A stretch of DNA of 64,000 nucleotides from Candidatus Zixiibacteriota bacterium (GTDB lineage: Bacteria; Zixibacteria; MSB-5A5; GN15; JAAZOE01), in assembly GCA_043819555.1 (NCBI GenBank), contig JBDREQ010000063.1:1-64000 (forward strand). The letters are read 5' to 3'. Shown here piece after piece: positions 21,046-30,794 of the stretch (the first letter of the stretch is position 1; each line of letters opens with the position of its first letter). Position numbers and translations under genes: made by a program. The notes under the pieces are model-generated. The model was not told where the DNA came from, did not search any database, and saw nothing but the letters and a program-made list of their open reading frames with translations.

Positions 21046-21501
21046 TTAGCGCCGGGGGCGATTGGCTTGTCGATGAAAATTATTCCCATTACGGCTCGGG
21101 ATATATAAATCGGGGCCTTCTTTGCGGCGCATGCGTATAGTGTAATCCTGACATGATTGACATCGGCGAATCAGACGAGCATCTTTCTTCTTGACCCATC
21201 TTTTTTTCACATGACGAGGACCATAGACCGGCCCTTTGATAATTTCATAACCCTGAGCTGGATCATTATTATCAATATATTTGACTCCCGCCGCAACTTC
21301 ATTCGAATTCTCATCGTACAATGTCGCGCCCGGACACGCTATCAAGACCATGTCCGTATTATGGGCAAAATCATTGATGGCCGAAGTTAAGGGATTATAA
21401 AATTCACCGCGGCTATCATTGCATCGGGGGCAAACCGACAATCCCCCGATATTTTCCAATGGATTTCCACAGTGATCGCAATGAAGTTTTGCGCTACCCA
21501 T
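21046..21501 (-). CDS. Hypothetical Cys-rich (zinc-ribbon-like) protein
   Basis: CDHC...CPRC and CQSC motifs; 151 aa. Confidence 0.7.
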   Translation of the reverse strand: MGSAKLHCDHCGNPLENIGGLSVCPRCNDSRGEFYNPLTSAINDFAHNTDMVLIACPGATLYDENSNEVAAGVKYIDNNDPAQGYEIIKGPVYGPRHVKKRWVKKKDARLIRRCQSCQDYTIRMRRKEGPDLYIPSRNGNNFHRQANRPRR

Positions 21502-21509
21502 AGCCAGAC

Positions 21510-21764
21510 CTAATTTATGCTCATGTCGGCGTTGCTGTCGTCATGAGCATAAATTATCTTTCCCCCGAAAGTAGTCGTTAGTTTATCAATGAGTTTCTTT
21601 TCCTGCCGGGTTGTGGTACCCTGTGAATTGTAAAGAACCACCCGCCCCCCACAATGAATGATGGCTAAAAGAGAGGCGACTCCGGGGTAAAACAAATCTC
21701 CGTCTCTGAAAAGATCGAATTTTGATATGTCAAATGCCACTGTCATAAAAATAGACGATTGCAA
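21510..21764 (-). CDS. Hypothetical protein
   Basis: 84-aa ORF with GAGG upstream of a TTG; stop lies 8 nt before the next start. Confidence 0.5.
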   Translation of the reverse strand: MQSSIFMTVAFDISKFDLFRDGDLFYPGVASLLAIIHCGGRVVLYNSQGTTTRQEKKLIDKLTTTFGGKIIYAHDDSNADMSIN

Positions 21765-22052
21765 CCATCATGCCTCTTAATGATTTACTACATAATCGAC
21801 TGACCGTTAACTGGTTAGCTGAATTTCAATAATGTTTTTGGTCTGGTGGTAATGCTGAAATTGTTGGATTGCCCCTACAATTATAGATTCTGGCACATAT
21901 ATTCCCGATTGAAAGATACACTAATCCAAAAAGGGCTTGCCCGCGCCGGATGTATCTTCTATATTTTCAAATTGTAATAAAACTTACGGGGAACCGACGG
22001 TTGCCCCATTAGTAGAATATCGACAGATGTAAACAATCAATAGGAGTGATGA

Positions 22053-23789
22053 ATGAAGCGCAAAATTGCTAATGATTTGATTCTCTTACTTTTACTGACC
22101 GTTGTGATATTTCTGTGCGGCTGCGAGAAAAACAAAAGTGATATAGTTGCCCGTGTCGGCGATCGAGTTATAAAAATAGGCCAGATTACCGGACCCATTG
22201 AACAATTCGGCGTCAAATACATCTCTGCCGAGGCGGAACTCGAAACCAAAAGAATGATGCTTGACACGCTCATCAATCGGGAGCTGTTGATTATCGCCGC
22301 TTATGAAAACAATATGGAAAACGAAGATGAGGTCGTTCGGGTTCTTGAAGGCGAGTCAATTAAATTCCTGCTCGATGTCTTATTTGAAAAAGAAATAATT
22401 TCCAAAGCCCGGCCATCGGAGGCTGAAATTAAGGATTACTACAATCGTCTAAGCGAAGAAATTAAAACATCGCATATAGTAGTCGACTCTTTGTCTGAAG
22501 CGAATGAGATTCTGGAAATGCTGAAACAGGGCGAAGTATTCGAAGATCTCGCTGTCAAATACTCCATTGATCCGACCGCCAAGCGCAATCAGGGTGATTT
22601 GGGATGGATAAGCTGGGGTATGATGGTCGATGATTTCCAGGAAGCGGCCTTTGCTTTGCAGCCGGGAGAAATATCCGCCCCTGTTAAATCCGATTTTGGA
22701 TACCATATTATTAAACTGGTTGATCGCAGGCCAATTGAGCATAGACCTTCTTATGAAGAACAGAAAAATCAAATTCGCAGTATGATTATCGAACGCCGCC
22801 GCCGGGTTCTGATGCGAGATTATGTCGCTGAAATGCAGAAAAAATACCCGGTGACCGTTGAAAAACCAACCTGTCAGTTTGTGTTAAATAAATTGGCCTA
22901 CCTCTATCCCGATACAATCGGGTCTCGCCCGCGATGGAGAAACATAATCGACCCCAAACAGCTCGATCGTGACGAACAGGCTCTGGTTATTGGAAATTAT
23001 GATGGCGGCCAATTGACTCTCGGTGACTATATTAAGCAGGCTGAGAAACTGCCCGAAAAGAGCTGCCCCGACTTTGATAACTACGATTCACTGGCGACGT
23101 TTATTTTCCAAATGTCTCTCTGGGATATACTTGGGATTGAAGCTCGCAAAATGGGACTCGAAAAGGATGAAGAATACATTCGCAAAGTTACCCGTTTTCG
23201 AGAATTAGCCATGGCGGATTTGATGCTCAACGATTCGATTCCCAGCAAAGTTGAGCTCACTGAAGAGGACCTTGTTGAATATTACGACACGCACCCGGAA
23301 GAATTCACTTCCCCGGAGAGATTTCATCTTCTGGAACTGCAGGTTGCCTCGCGGGAAGAGGCTCTTAAAGAAAAAGCCTCTATTACTTCAGAGGATGAAT
23401 TCAGAAGACGGGCCGGCCGTAAAACGCTTCGCCCGGGAAAGAAAAGTATCGGGGGAGACCTGGGAATTATAGTTCGCGACCAGTACCCGGAACTTTACGA
23501 CGCGGCCAAAAGCGTGGCCGTTGAGAAAATCACCGATCCGGTAAAGATGGGGTCAAAATGGTCAATCGCCTGGGTCAAACAAATAATTAAACCGGAATTG
23601 ATGAATCTTGAATCAGTGCGTCGAGTAATTATCGAAAAACTCACCAAGGAAAAAAGCCAGGCCATTTATAAGGAATGGGCTGAGGATATGAAAAAACGGA
23701 TCGAAGTAATAATTTACGATGACGTATTGACCGGCACAATTGACGAAAGTATCTACGACAACGTTGCCGACACCTCGCAGGCAGGATAA
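22053..23789 (+). CDS. Parvulin-type peptidyl-prolyl isomerase lipoprotein (PrsA/SurA-like)
   Basis: Lipobox LCGC; SHIVV, FEDLAVKYSID, GDLGW, EISAPVKSDFGYHII; second degenerate rotamase domain. Confidence 0.9.
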   Translation: MKRKIANDLILLLLLTVVIFLCGCEKNKSDIVARVGDRVIKIGQITGPIEQFGVKYISAEAELETKRMMLDTLINRELLIIAAYENNMENEDEVVRVLEGESIKFLLDVLFEKEIISKARPSEAEIKDYYNRLSEEIKTSHIVVDSLSEANEILEMLKQGEVFEDLAVKYSIDPTAKRNQGDLGWISWGMMVDDFQEAAFALQPGEISAPVKSDFGYHIIKLVDRRPIEHRPSYEEQKNQIRSMIIERRRRVLMRDYVAEMQKKYPVTVEKPTCQFVLNKLAYLYPDTIGSRPRWRNIIDPKQLDRDEQALVIGNYDGGQLTLGDYIKQAEKLPEKSCPDFDNYDSLATFIFQMSLWDILGIEARKMGLEKDEEYIRKVTRFRELAMADLMLNDSIPSKVELTEEDLVEYYDTHPEEFTSPERFHLLELQVASREEALKEKASITSEDEFRRRAGRKTLRPGKKSIGGDLGIIVRDQYPELYDAAKSVAVEKITDPVKMGSKWSIAWVKQIIKPELMNLESVRRVIIEKLTKEKSQAIYKEWAEDMKKRIEVIIYDDVLTGTIDESIYDNVADTSQAG

Positions 23790-23795
23790 CCGCTT

Positions 23796-25094
23796 ATGAA
23801 AAAGAAGATTCTATCAAAAATGGCTCTAATTATAATTGGAGCCATCCTTTTATTCAATCCTATTCAGGGAGAAACCATTGAAAGTATCGTTGCCGTAGTC
23901 GGAGATCGAGCCATCTTATTATCCGAGGTCGCCAATCAGGTTCAGATGATAATGATGCAAATGGAACCCGGGGCTGATGTGGATGTCGATGAAGTTGCCT
24001 CTGATATTTTGAACCAGATGATAAACGACGAATTGATTCTATCAGCGGCGCGAGAAGATACCAGTATTACCGCGACTCCCGACGAAATCAAATTTGAACT
24101 CGACGAGCATATTGCCACGATCGTTGCCCGCTTTCCTTCCGAAGAAGCTTTTTTACAGCAATTATCGCGAGAAGGCCTGAATAAAAGAGCTCTTGAAAAA
24201 AGATTGAGGCCTGAAATCAGAGACCAGATTCTTAAACAGAAAATCATCTCCGGTAAGCTGGCCAACGTCTCCATGGCTCGTAGTGAAGTCGAAGTCTTCT
24301 ATAATGAAAACATCGATTCATTACCTGAAATTCCCGCCAAAATCAGATTGGCCCATATTCTTGTCAAATTCAAAGCCTCTCCCGCAACCGATGATTCATT
24401 GAAGGCCGCCGCCGAGGCCTCCCGCGAAATGGCCCTGAAGGGAATCGATTTTTCTGATGTTGCCGATAGTTTCGCCGCCATCTCACCCGGTGTTGTCGGA
24501 GGAAGAATTGGATTTATCAGAAAAACGGAAGTTGTCGAGGAATTTGGCCGGGCTGCGTTTGCCCTGCAACCGGGCAATATCTCTGGACCGGTCCGAACCG
24601 AATATGGATGGCATATTATAAAAAATCATGCCCGTCGAGCTGACAGCGTCGATGTCAGTCATATCCTTTTTCCGACAATCCCATCGGCCGCAGATTCTCT
24701 CTGGACAAGGCTTGTCGTCGATTCATTGCTTAATGAACTGCGAAACGGCGCCAACTTCAAAGAACTGGCCAAACTTCACTCCGATGATGACGAATCCCGG
24801 GCAACCGGAGGAGAACTTGAGGAAATGACGGTGGATCAACTGCGTCCGGAGTTTGTTGCGCCTTTGGAAGCTGTCGAAATAGATGGCATCACGCCTCCAG
24901 TAATATCCCAGCTGGGTTTTCACATTCTCAAACTCCTGGAAAGAACAAAAGGTCGACCGCTGAATATTGATGAAGATTATGACATCATCCGCAATATCGC
25001 TCAGCAGCAAAAAACAGCAACATTGGTCGAAAAATGGGTCAATGATTTGAAAAAGACTATTTATTACGATATTCGGGAATTTACTCTTAAGTAA
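23796..25094 (+). CDS. surA: SurA-like periplasmic chaperone/PPIase
   Basis: Signal peptide; IVAVVGDRAILLSEV N-domain; two rotamase domains (LAHILV, VSHILF, GGEL, GFHILKL). Confidence 0.85.
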   Translation: MKKKILSKMALIIIGAILLFNPIQGETIESIVAVVGDRAILLSEVANQVQMIMMQMEPGADVDVDEVASDILNQMINDELILSAAREDTSITATPDEIKFELDEHIATIVARFPSEEAFLQQLSREGLNKRALEKRLRPEIRDQILKQKIISGKLANVSMARSEVEVFYNENIDSLPEIPAKIRLAHILVKFKASPATDDSLKAAAEASREMALKGIDFSDVADSFAAISPGVVGGRIGFIRKTEVVEEFGRAAFALQPGNISGPVRTEYGWHIIKNHARRADSVDVSHILFPTIPSAADSLWTRLVVDSLLNELRNGANFKELAKLHSDDDESRATGGELEEMTVDQLRPEFVAPLEAVEIDGITPPVISQLGFHILKLLERTKGRPLNIDEDYDIIRNIAQQQKTATLVEKWVNDLKKTIYYDIREFTLK

Positions 25095-25363
25095 TGAGAC
25101 TTGATAATTACATCTCCGATCTCGGAATTATCAAACGCCGGACAATCGCCAAAGAAATGGCCGACGCCGGCCATATCAAACTAAACGGCCAGAGAACCAA
25201 ACCGGGGCATAAAGTTAAGGCGAATGATATTATTGAAATAACCGGAAAACGAAATTTAAAAATAAAGATTCTAAAAATCCCCGAAGGCAAATCGGTCTCG
25301 CGAGAGAATCGTTCGGAATACTTCGAAATGCTTGGAGACGACAGCTCAATTCCGGATATTTAA
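25094..25363 (+). CDS. S4-domain RNA-binding protein (Hsp15/HslR/RqcP-like)
   Basis: MRLDNYI..GIIKRRTIAKE..G.IKLNG..KPGHKVK. Confidence 0.9.
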   Translation: MRLDNYISDLGIIKRRTIAKEMADAGHIKLNGQRTKPGHKVKANDIIEITGKRNLKIKILKIPEGKSVSRENRSEYFEMLGDDSSIPDI

Positions 25364-25376
25364 TTTACAATAATAT

Positions 25377-25408
25377 AAAAAAACCCCGCAAAATCCGTCT
25401 GCGGGGTT
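25377..25408 (-). terminator. Intrinsic terminator between convergent genes
   Basis: AACCCCGCA/TGCGGGGTT stem; the A-run gives a U-tract on the minus strand. Confidence 0.7.
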
Positions 25409-25452
25409 CTCATAGAGATGCAGGTTATAGGGCTTGATTTCCCAAGAGCGTG

Positions 25453-25938
25453 TCAGTGTTTTTCCTGCATATGATGAGCCATCATCTTTTCCATTTCAAG
25501 ATTTGTCTTCTCACCCCAGGACTGAAGCCGTGAAACTAATTCGGTATTGTCAGAAGTTAACAGCCAGATACTTCCGTGCTGAGTATTTACTCTCTGGGTA
25601 TCAACCCCTTTTTCGAAAATTGAACCAAGATCATTGCACATGTTGCAAAGACCAACTTTTTGACCGCTTTGAAGCTTTTTCTCAACCATATCCATATCCA
25701 TTTGAGCCTTTCGATAAGCTTTCAAAAAGGACGGCTTAACCGTGCTGACGGTCATAATGCCGTTGCTAATGGGATACTGCTCCCAGGTCATATTTTCCTT
25801 GAGACCATCGTATTTGTTGAGGGATTTGCACATGTCGCAATTATCCATATCGAACCACGGCTTATCGTCGGCTATAATCACCGAGTACGAAAGACCTATT
25901 ATCACGGCCATGCTTAAAAATATTTTGGAAAACGTTTT
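25453..25938 (-). CDS. Secreted hypothetical protein with two CxxC motifs
   Basis: GGAGG RBS before MKTFSK; signal peptide; CDMC and CNMC. Confidence 0.8.
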   Translation of the reverse strand, partial: KTFSKIFLSMAVIIGLSYSVIIADDKPWFDMDNCDMCKSLNKYDGLKENMTWEQYPISNGIMTVSTVKPSFLKAYRKAQMDMDMVEKKLQSGQKVGLCNMCNDLGSIFEKGVDTQRVNTQHGSIWLLTSDNTELVSRLQSWGEKTNLEMEKMMAHHMQEKH

Positions 25939-26319
25939 CATTAATTCCTCCAAGTGACAAATTGATTAGTTTTCGGCGAGTAGCGATAATATGGATAAAT
26001 ACAACCCATGTTATTTGCCCGCCTTTATGCATTGTACGGCTTTTCTTGACTCAGAATTGGCTTTATTTCATTTATCGACAGGTATTTTTATGCACTTCTA
26101 ACAATAATCAATCAGACGATAGGCTAAATATAGCGTACTAACTTATTTATTCTTTAGCGGTTATCTGATTTTCAAGAGCATCCGGCGCAATTCTGATAAA
26201 ACAATGTACATTATAAGGCTCAAAATGGCTCTAAATGTCGTACTCGCCTAAAGTTATGCGGAGGATGGCCGAAATTTTCTAACAGTAGAAAAATAACCTT
26301 TCATGCTTGAGGTACAGTC

Positions 26320-28038
26320 ATGTCCGACCGTTCACGATTTTTGCCCATCTTAATTTTAGCGGTTTTTACCTGTATCATGACAACCCCGGATTTAGCCGCC
26401 GACAAACCGATTAGCGCTCCTTTGCCGGACGCTTATATTGGCCATATGCCCGAGGGGCGCGGCTTTATCGCTCCGCGGTTGAATATGTCTCATATTGTCA
26501 GCAAGAAACCACCCCTGAAATTCGCGGTCGTCGATGTTGATACGATCGCTCAGTTCGACTGGCGCATGACCGGCAAAGTCACGCCGGTCAGGAATCAAAG
26601 CGTTTGCGGAGCCTGCTATTCATTCGCTTCCCTGGGATGTTTTGAATCAAAAGTTTTGATCGATTCCAATGTCGTCTATGATTTTTCCGAAAACCATTCC
26701 AAGGAGTGCAACTATTTTGGTACCAGTTGCGGCGGAGGAAACTTTGATTATCTGGCCAATCTTTATTCCATTGAAGGTACGGTATTGGAATCGTGCGATC
26801 CTTATGTCCCCTCCGATGTCGCCTGCAAAGGAACCTGCAATATCCAGAAAACACTATTGGATTGGCGAATCATCTCATCCAATAGTATTCCCTCCCCATC
26901 CGTTTTGAAAGACTACATCTACAATTACGGTCCCGTCTATACATCATTCTATACTGGCGATAATCTGGACCTTGCCTGGCAGAGTGAATTCAACAATTAC
27001 GACGGCTCCTATACGCTGTACTATAATAATCTGTCGCATAACCCCAATCATGCCGTCCTGATCGTTGGCTGGGATGATAATCTTACGCATGCGGGAGGCG
27101 CCGGAGGATGGATTGTTAAAAATAGCTGGGGTACGTCATGGGGCGGCGCCTGCGGATTCGGCGGCGAATCAGGATATTTTACGATTGCCTATGGCTCGGC
27201 CAATTTCGGACAATGGTCTTCCTATATTCATGAATGGCAAAATTACGAACCCACTGAAACTCTTCTCTATTATGATGAAGCCGGGGCAAATCAATATTGG
27301 GGTTATGCCAATGTCACCGGATATGGTATGGCAGGGTACACTCCCGCTTCCGACGGATATTTGACCCGCGTAGAGTTCTGGACTAACGATGCCTGCATCG
27401 ACGTTGATGTTTATGTTTATGATGATTTCTCGACCGGAACGTCTAATCTCCTCGCCGCGCAGTTAAATAACTCCTATAACGAAGCCGGGTATCACTCAGT
27501 GCTGCTCGATTCGCCGCCAGCCCTGACTTCGGGTGATGCCATATATATAGTCGTTAAATTCACTAACGCTACTTACGGATTTCCAATTGTGAGCGATGTT
27601 TTGGGTCCTCATGAAATCTCAAAAACTTATATCAGCAACAGTGGTTTGAATGGAAGCTGGTATGAGATGGGTATAAACGAAGGGTGTGACGTTGCGATTC
27701 GCGGGCGGATGAGCCCTAATCTTTCAGTTGACGTTGATGATGATATTTCTCCCGGACCGGTAATGTATTCGCTGAAACAAAACTATCCCAATCCATTCAA
27801 CCCGAGTACGGCTTTTGAATACACCGTTGAAACTCGCGGTCATGTTTCAATCTCGATTTATAATATCCTTGGCCAGCCGGTTAAGACACTTGTGGAAGAA
27901 ATCAAACCGGCCGGAACCCACAGCGCCACATGGGATGGCACGAACGAGGACGGCAAACCAATGTCAACGGGCATCTATTTCTATCGGATCACTTCCGGTG
28001 ATTATACTGAAACGCGCAAAATGGTTCTGCTGAAATAA
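26320..28038 (+). CDS. Papain-like C1 cysteine peptidase with lectin-like domain and Por/FlgD-type C-terminal tail
   Basis: QSVCGACYSF (Cys), NHAVLIVGW (His), KNSWG (Asn); tail LKQNYPNPFNPST...IYNILGQ...WDG...GIYFYRI...KMVLLK. Confidence 0.92.
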   Translation: MSDRSRFLPILILAVFTCIMTTPDLAADKPISAPLPDAYIGHMPEGRGFIAPRLNMSHIVSKKPPLKFAVVDVDTIAQFDWRMTGKVTPVRNQSVCGACYSFASLGCFESKVLIDSNVVYDFSENHSKECNYFGTSCGGGNFDYLANLYSIEGTVLESCDPYVPSDVACKGTCNIQKTLLDWRIISSNSIPSPSVLKDYIYNYGPVYTSFYTGDNLDLAWQSEFNNYDGSYTLYYNNLSHNPNHAVLIVGWDDNLTHAGGAGGWIVKNSWGTSWGGACGFGGESGYFTIAYGSANFGQWSSYIHEWQNYEPTETLLYYDEAGANQYWGYANVTGYGMAGYTPASDGYLTRVEFWTNDACIDVDVYVYDDFSTGTSNLLAAQLNNSYNEAGYHSVLLDSPPALTSGDAIYIVVKFTNATYGFPIVSDVLGPHEISKTYISNSGLNGSWYEMGINEGCDVAIRGRMSPNLSVDVDDDISPGPVMYSLKQNYPNPFNPSTAFEYTVETRGHVSISIYNILGQPVKTLVEEIKPAGTHSATWDGTNEDGKPMSTGIYFYRITSGDYTETRKMVLLK

Positions 28039-28063
28039 AAAAAATCGCAAATCGCACCCATAT

Positions 28064-28096
28064 AAACCCCCGGATACACATCCGGGGGTTTTTTTT
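28064..28096 (+). terminator. Intrinsic terminator
   Basis: AAACCCCCGGAT-ACAC-ATCCGGGGGTTT then T-run, 26 nt after the peptidase stop. Confidence 0.88.
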
Positions 28097-28175
28097 AGGA
28101 ATCCAAATTTTTTTGACACCAAACATCAGATCGTAGTAACTATTTTCGCCTTATCTTCCGATCTTATCAATTAGT

Positions 28176-28334
28176 ATGAAAACACTCCTGACCATAACTC
28201 TCAGCTTCATTGGCGGATGGCTCGGCTGGTGGCTGGGCGATCAGATCGGTTTATTTACCGCCCTTGTAATCAGCATGATTGGCACCGGTCTGGGGATTTA
28301 CGCCGGACGACGCCTCGCCCAGCAGTTCGATTAA
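28176..28334 (+). CDS. Small Gly-rich two-TM membrane protein (absent from the ORF track)
   Basis: Hand translation: MKTLLTITLSFIGGWLGWWLGDQIGLFTALVISMIGTGLGIYAGRRLAQQFD (52 aa); GC-rich third codon positions within an AT-rich intergenic region. Confidence 0.75.
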   Translation: MKTLLTITLSFIGGWLGWWLGDQIGLFTALVISMIGTGLGIYAGRRLAQQFD

Positions 28335-28369
28335 ATCCAGCAATAGCTATTTAATCATCTATGGCAGAA

Positions 28370-28406
28370 ACCCACCCCAAAAAAAACTTCATTTTTGGGG
28401 ATGGGT
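28370..28406. terminator. Hairpin between convergent genes (possible bidirectional terminator)
   Basis: ACCCACCCCAAAAA...TTTTTGGGGATGGGT. Confidence 0.5.
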
Positions 28407-28433
28407 AATCGGGTATTCATTTTCATGCCATTA

Positions 28434-30287
28434 TTAATTATCAGGATTTGGATTTGTTATGTTCGGTGGCAAACCTAACCGTAGATTTTTTAGATTGACT
28501 ATCTTATCCCGCAAATCGTCAATATTAATCCCATCGGTTAAAAGAGTATTTTTAATTTCTTCGAATGTTACAGGTCTGATGCCGCCACGAAAACAGTCTT
28601 CTAATGGATCAAGGCTTTCTGATACGCCTGTAAATGGATCCGGATTGACACCGGGGATTTTGGGATTTCCACATTGTTCCTGAACAATCGGCTGGCATTT
28701 GCCGTTGACGCATTCATAGCCTTCTTCACAATACATTTCCGTACATCCATTTTTTATCCCGAGATATTCTAATGTTTCAGCCTGACTCGTCGTCTTGGAT
28801 TTGAATTTTTCGGCGCATGCACAATAATCAACCGGATCACCCGGCATGGGATCGGTCCACGCACATGGTTTGACGACGCCCCGCATACATTGTGTCATCC
28901 CGTCATCCATTGCAAATAATAGTGCACCACATCCGGTTATAAACCACTCATCACCAGGATCGTCGATAAAGTAACTTACCAGGGGATTAGGTTTTGGAGG
29001 TTTTGGATTATCCGGATCGATTTCTTCAAACCCAAAAATCGCCATTATCTCATCATGTTTATCTTTTACGCCATGCAATTTCTCGGGCATACATTCCTCA
29101 GGCGTTAAACCATCATAAGGCATATTTTTATTACCTTTTGTTTTATAATAATTTTTGGTTGACGATTTGATTTTTTCCTCGGCCTTTGCCATACCGGTCT
29201 TATCACCTTTAGCTTTGGCTTCTCGCCATTCAGCTTCCGCTACTTTTACTTCAGCATCAGCTTCTGCCAATTTCGCGTCCGCTTCCGCTTTACCTGCGGC
29301 GGCTGCTCCTTTTTCTAATTCAATTACTTGTTTTCCCCCACTTGATAGTTCTTTAACTTTTGCGGTCGCTTTCTCCTTATTTTCCTTTGCCTGTTTTGTA
29401 TCCTTCTCCGCATCTTTTATTTTTTCCTTTTTAGTTTTCTTTTTTCCACCCTTAGCCAAGCGGTCAGTTTCCTGATTAAGTCTGGCATCCATACAGCGCT
29501 CAAAGGCCTCAATTACACGTTGAGCATAGGCGATACCTTCATTGCTTTCGTTTTTAACACAAGCAGTAAAGGCATCTTTGAGTCCGAATGGTTTGGATAT
29601 TTCGCCGTGACCCCCTCCATGCCCATCTCCGGTGCCGCAAATATCATAAATATTGATTACTTCATTGAACAAACCTTTCATCTTCTCCGCCATAACATCA
29701 CCATGTGTTTCAAGAGATTGTAATTTTCCGCAATTTTGGCCCATGAGGAGGAGCAAATCAATCATTTTATCTGCGCCTTCGCCGGTCATTAAAAATGATC
29801 GGCCGAAATCGGTATCCGCGAAATAAATAAATAGATTAAATGTCTGAAGCGAATAGACCTTAATTTTCATCGGGTAATAGTAATCGATTATTCCGATTGT
29901 CCTGGCTTCATCATCTTCTTTTTCGATATCACCTCTTGATTTTGCCTTATCAATAATTCGTTTGGCGACTGCTTCCCACCCGGGCGGCTGCCCAAAATAC
30001 AGCCGTTCCAGATAATGAATTAAAAATGACGCGATTGGTTCAAGACCATCTCGATCAATGACGACAATAATCTCATCTTCCAGCGCCAATAATTCATCGA
30101 TATCCATTAACACGGCACGGTTGAATAGATTAAAATCGTATTCATAACTTGCCATTTGTGATGATCGATTGGTTAAATTCTTTTTGAGATAATCATATTC
30201 ATCCGATGGCCACTTGCCGCAACCATTGGTAAATAACATTATCAGGACACTGCCGGTTAATAAAATACCCATACCTAACTTAGACAT
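28434..30287 (-). CDS. Hypothetical lipoprotein with K/A/E coiled coil and Cys-rich C-terminus
   Basis: GGAGG RBS; lipobox-like TNGC; 617 aa; CTEMYCEEGYECVNGKCQP. Confidence 0.8.
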   Translation of the reverse strand: MSKLGMGILLTGSVLIMLFTNGCGKWPSDEYDYLKKNLTNRSSQMASYEYDFNLFNRAVLMDIDELLALEDEIIVVIDRDGLEPIASFLIHYLERLYFGQPPGWEAVAKRIIDKAKSRGDIEKEDDEARTIGIIDYYYPMKIKVYSLQTFNLFIYFADTDFGRSFLMTGEGADKMIDLLLLMGQNCGKLQSLETHGDVMAEKMKGLFNEVINIYDICGTGDGHGGGHGEISKPFGLKDAFTACVKNESNEGIAYAQRVIEAFERCMDARLNQETDRLAKGGKKKTKKEKIKDAEKDTKQAKENKEKATAKVKELSSGGKQVIELEKGAAAAGKAEADAKLAEADAEVKVAEAEWREAKAKGDKTGMAKAEEKIKSSTKNYYKTKGNKNMPYDGLTPEECMPEKLHGVKDKHDEIMAIFGFEEIDPDNPKPPKPNPLVSYFIDDPGDEWFITGCGALLFAMDDGMTQCMRGVVKPCAWTDPMPGDPVDYCACAEKFKSKTTSQAETLEYLGIKNGCTEMYCEEGYECVNGKCQPIVQEQCGNPKIPGVNPDPFTGVSESLDPLEDCFRGGIRPVTFEEIKNTLLTDGINIDDLRDKIVNLKNLRLGLPPNITNPNPDN

Positions 30288-30383
30288 ACAAAACCTCCAT
30301 AGGTTAATATTTCAATGCGGACCCCGATTGCCCGATGACTATATATAAATTTTGCTGGAGTTTCCTCTTTTTTCTGCGCTTTA

Positions 30384-30412
30384 ATCATAATATGGAAATC
30401 AGCATAAGTCAA
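30384..30412 (-). promoter_or_regulatory. Sigma70-type promoter
   Basis: Minus strand TTGACT-N17-TATGAT upstream of the 617-aa gene. Confidence 0.55.
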
Positions 30413-30544
30413 GGGTCGCAATATATTATTATATTGATAAAGGCAACTCAAATTGTATCAATCCAATTCTAATCCAATTCACACTTAATTACTAACGCTC
30501 CTGATTATGTAGGAATGAAGTTTGCCAGCTTCGGCTAACGGGTT

Positions 30545-30637
30545 TGTCATTCCCGAGAGTGTCCCGCCCAGCGGGAGACGAGTCGGGAATCCAGAAAATG
30601 AAAAACTCTACTGGATACCGCCTGCATGGGTATGACA
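30545..30637. mobile_element. 'Empty' copy of the GIY-YIG-associated repeat element (MITE/REPIN-like)
   Basis: TGTCATTCCCGAGAG...CGAGTCGGGAATCCAG, 16-nt spacer, CTGGATACCGCCTGCATGGGTATGACA. Confidence 0.65.
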
Positions 30638-30676
30638 AAATATGATTATGCAAGCGGCATAGAGCAGTTCTGCCGC

Positions 30677-30793
30677 AATCACCATCAAATTGATAGCGGA
30701 TAAACAAAAATGACAAAACAAAGCCAATTTGCTGTAACGTACAAACAAGCATTGCGTTATACGGAAATATTTAAAAAATAATGTGGATAACTT
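30677..30793 (+). repeat. 117-bp direct repeat, copy 1 (contains a perfect DnaA box)
   Basis: Collinear with 36153-36269; 57 of the first 62 nt identical; TGTGGATAA at 30782-30790. Confidence 0.85.
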
Positions 30794-30794
30794 T

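Noticed and set aside
25453..25938. c-type cytochrome call for the CxxC protein
   Set aside because: Neither CxxC is followed by His.
30492..30752. 86-aa ORF, and likewise 35992-36183 and 36257-36463
   Set aside because: They run through REP elements or the 117-bp repeat, or lie antisense to real genes.
30733..30762. TGTAAC...GTTATAC as an integron attC site
   Set aside because: The R boxes would be only about 30 bp apart, shorter than known attC sites; copy 2 lacks GTT; no integrase is present.
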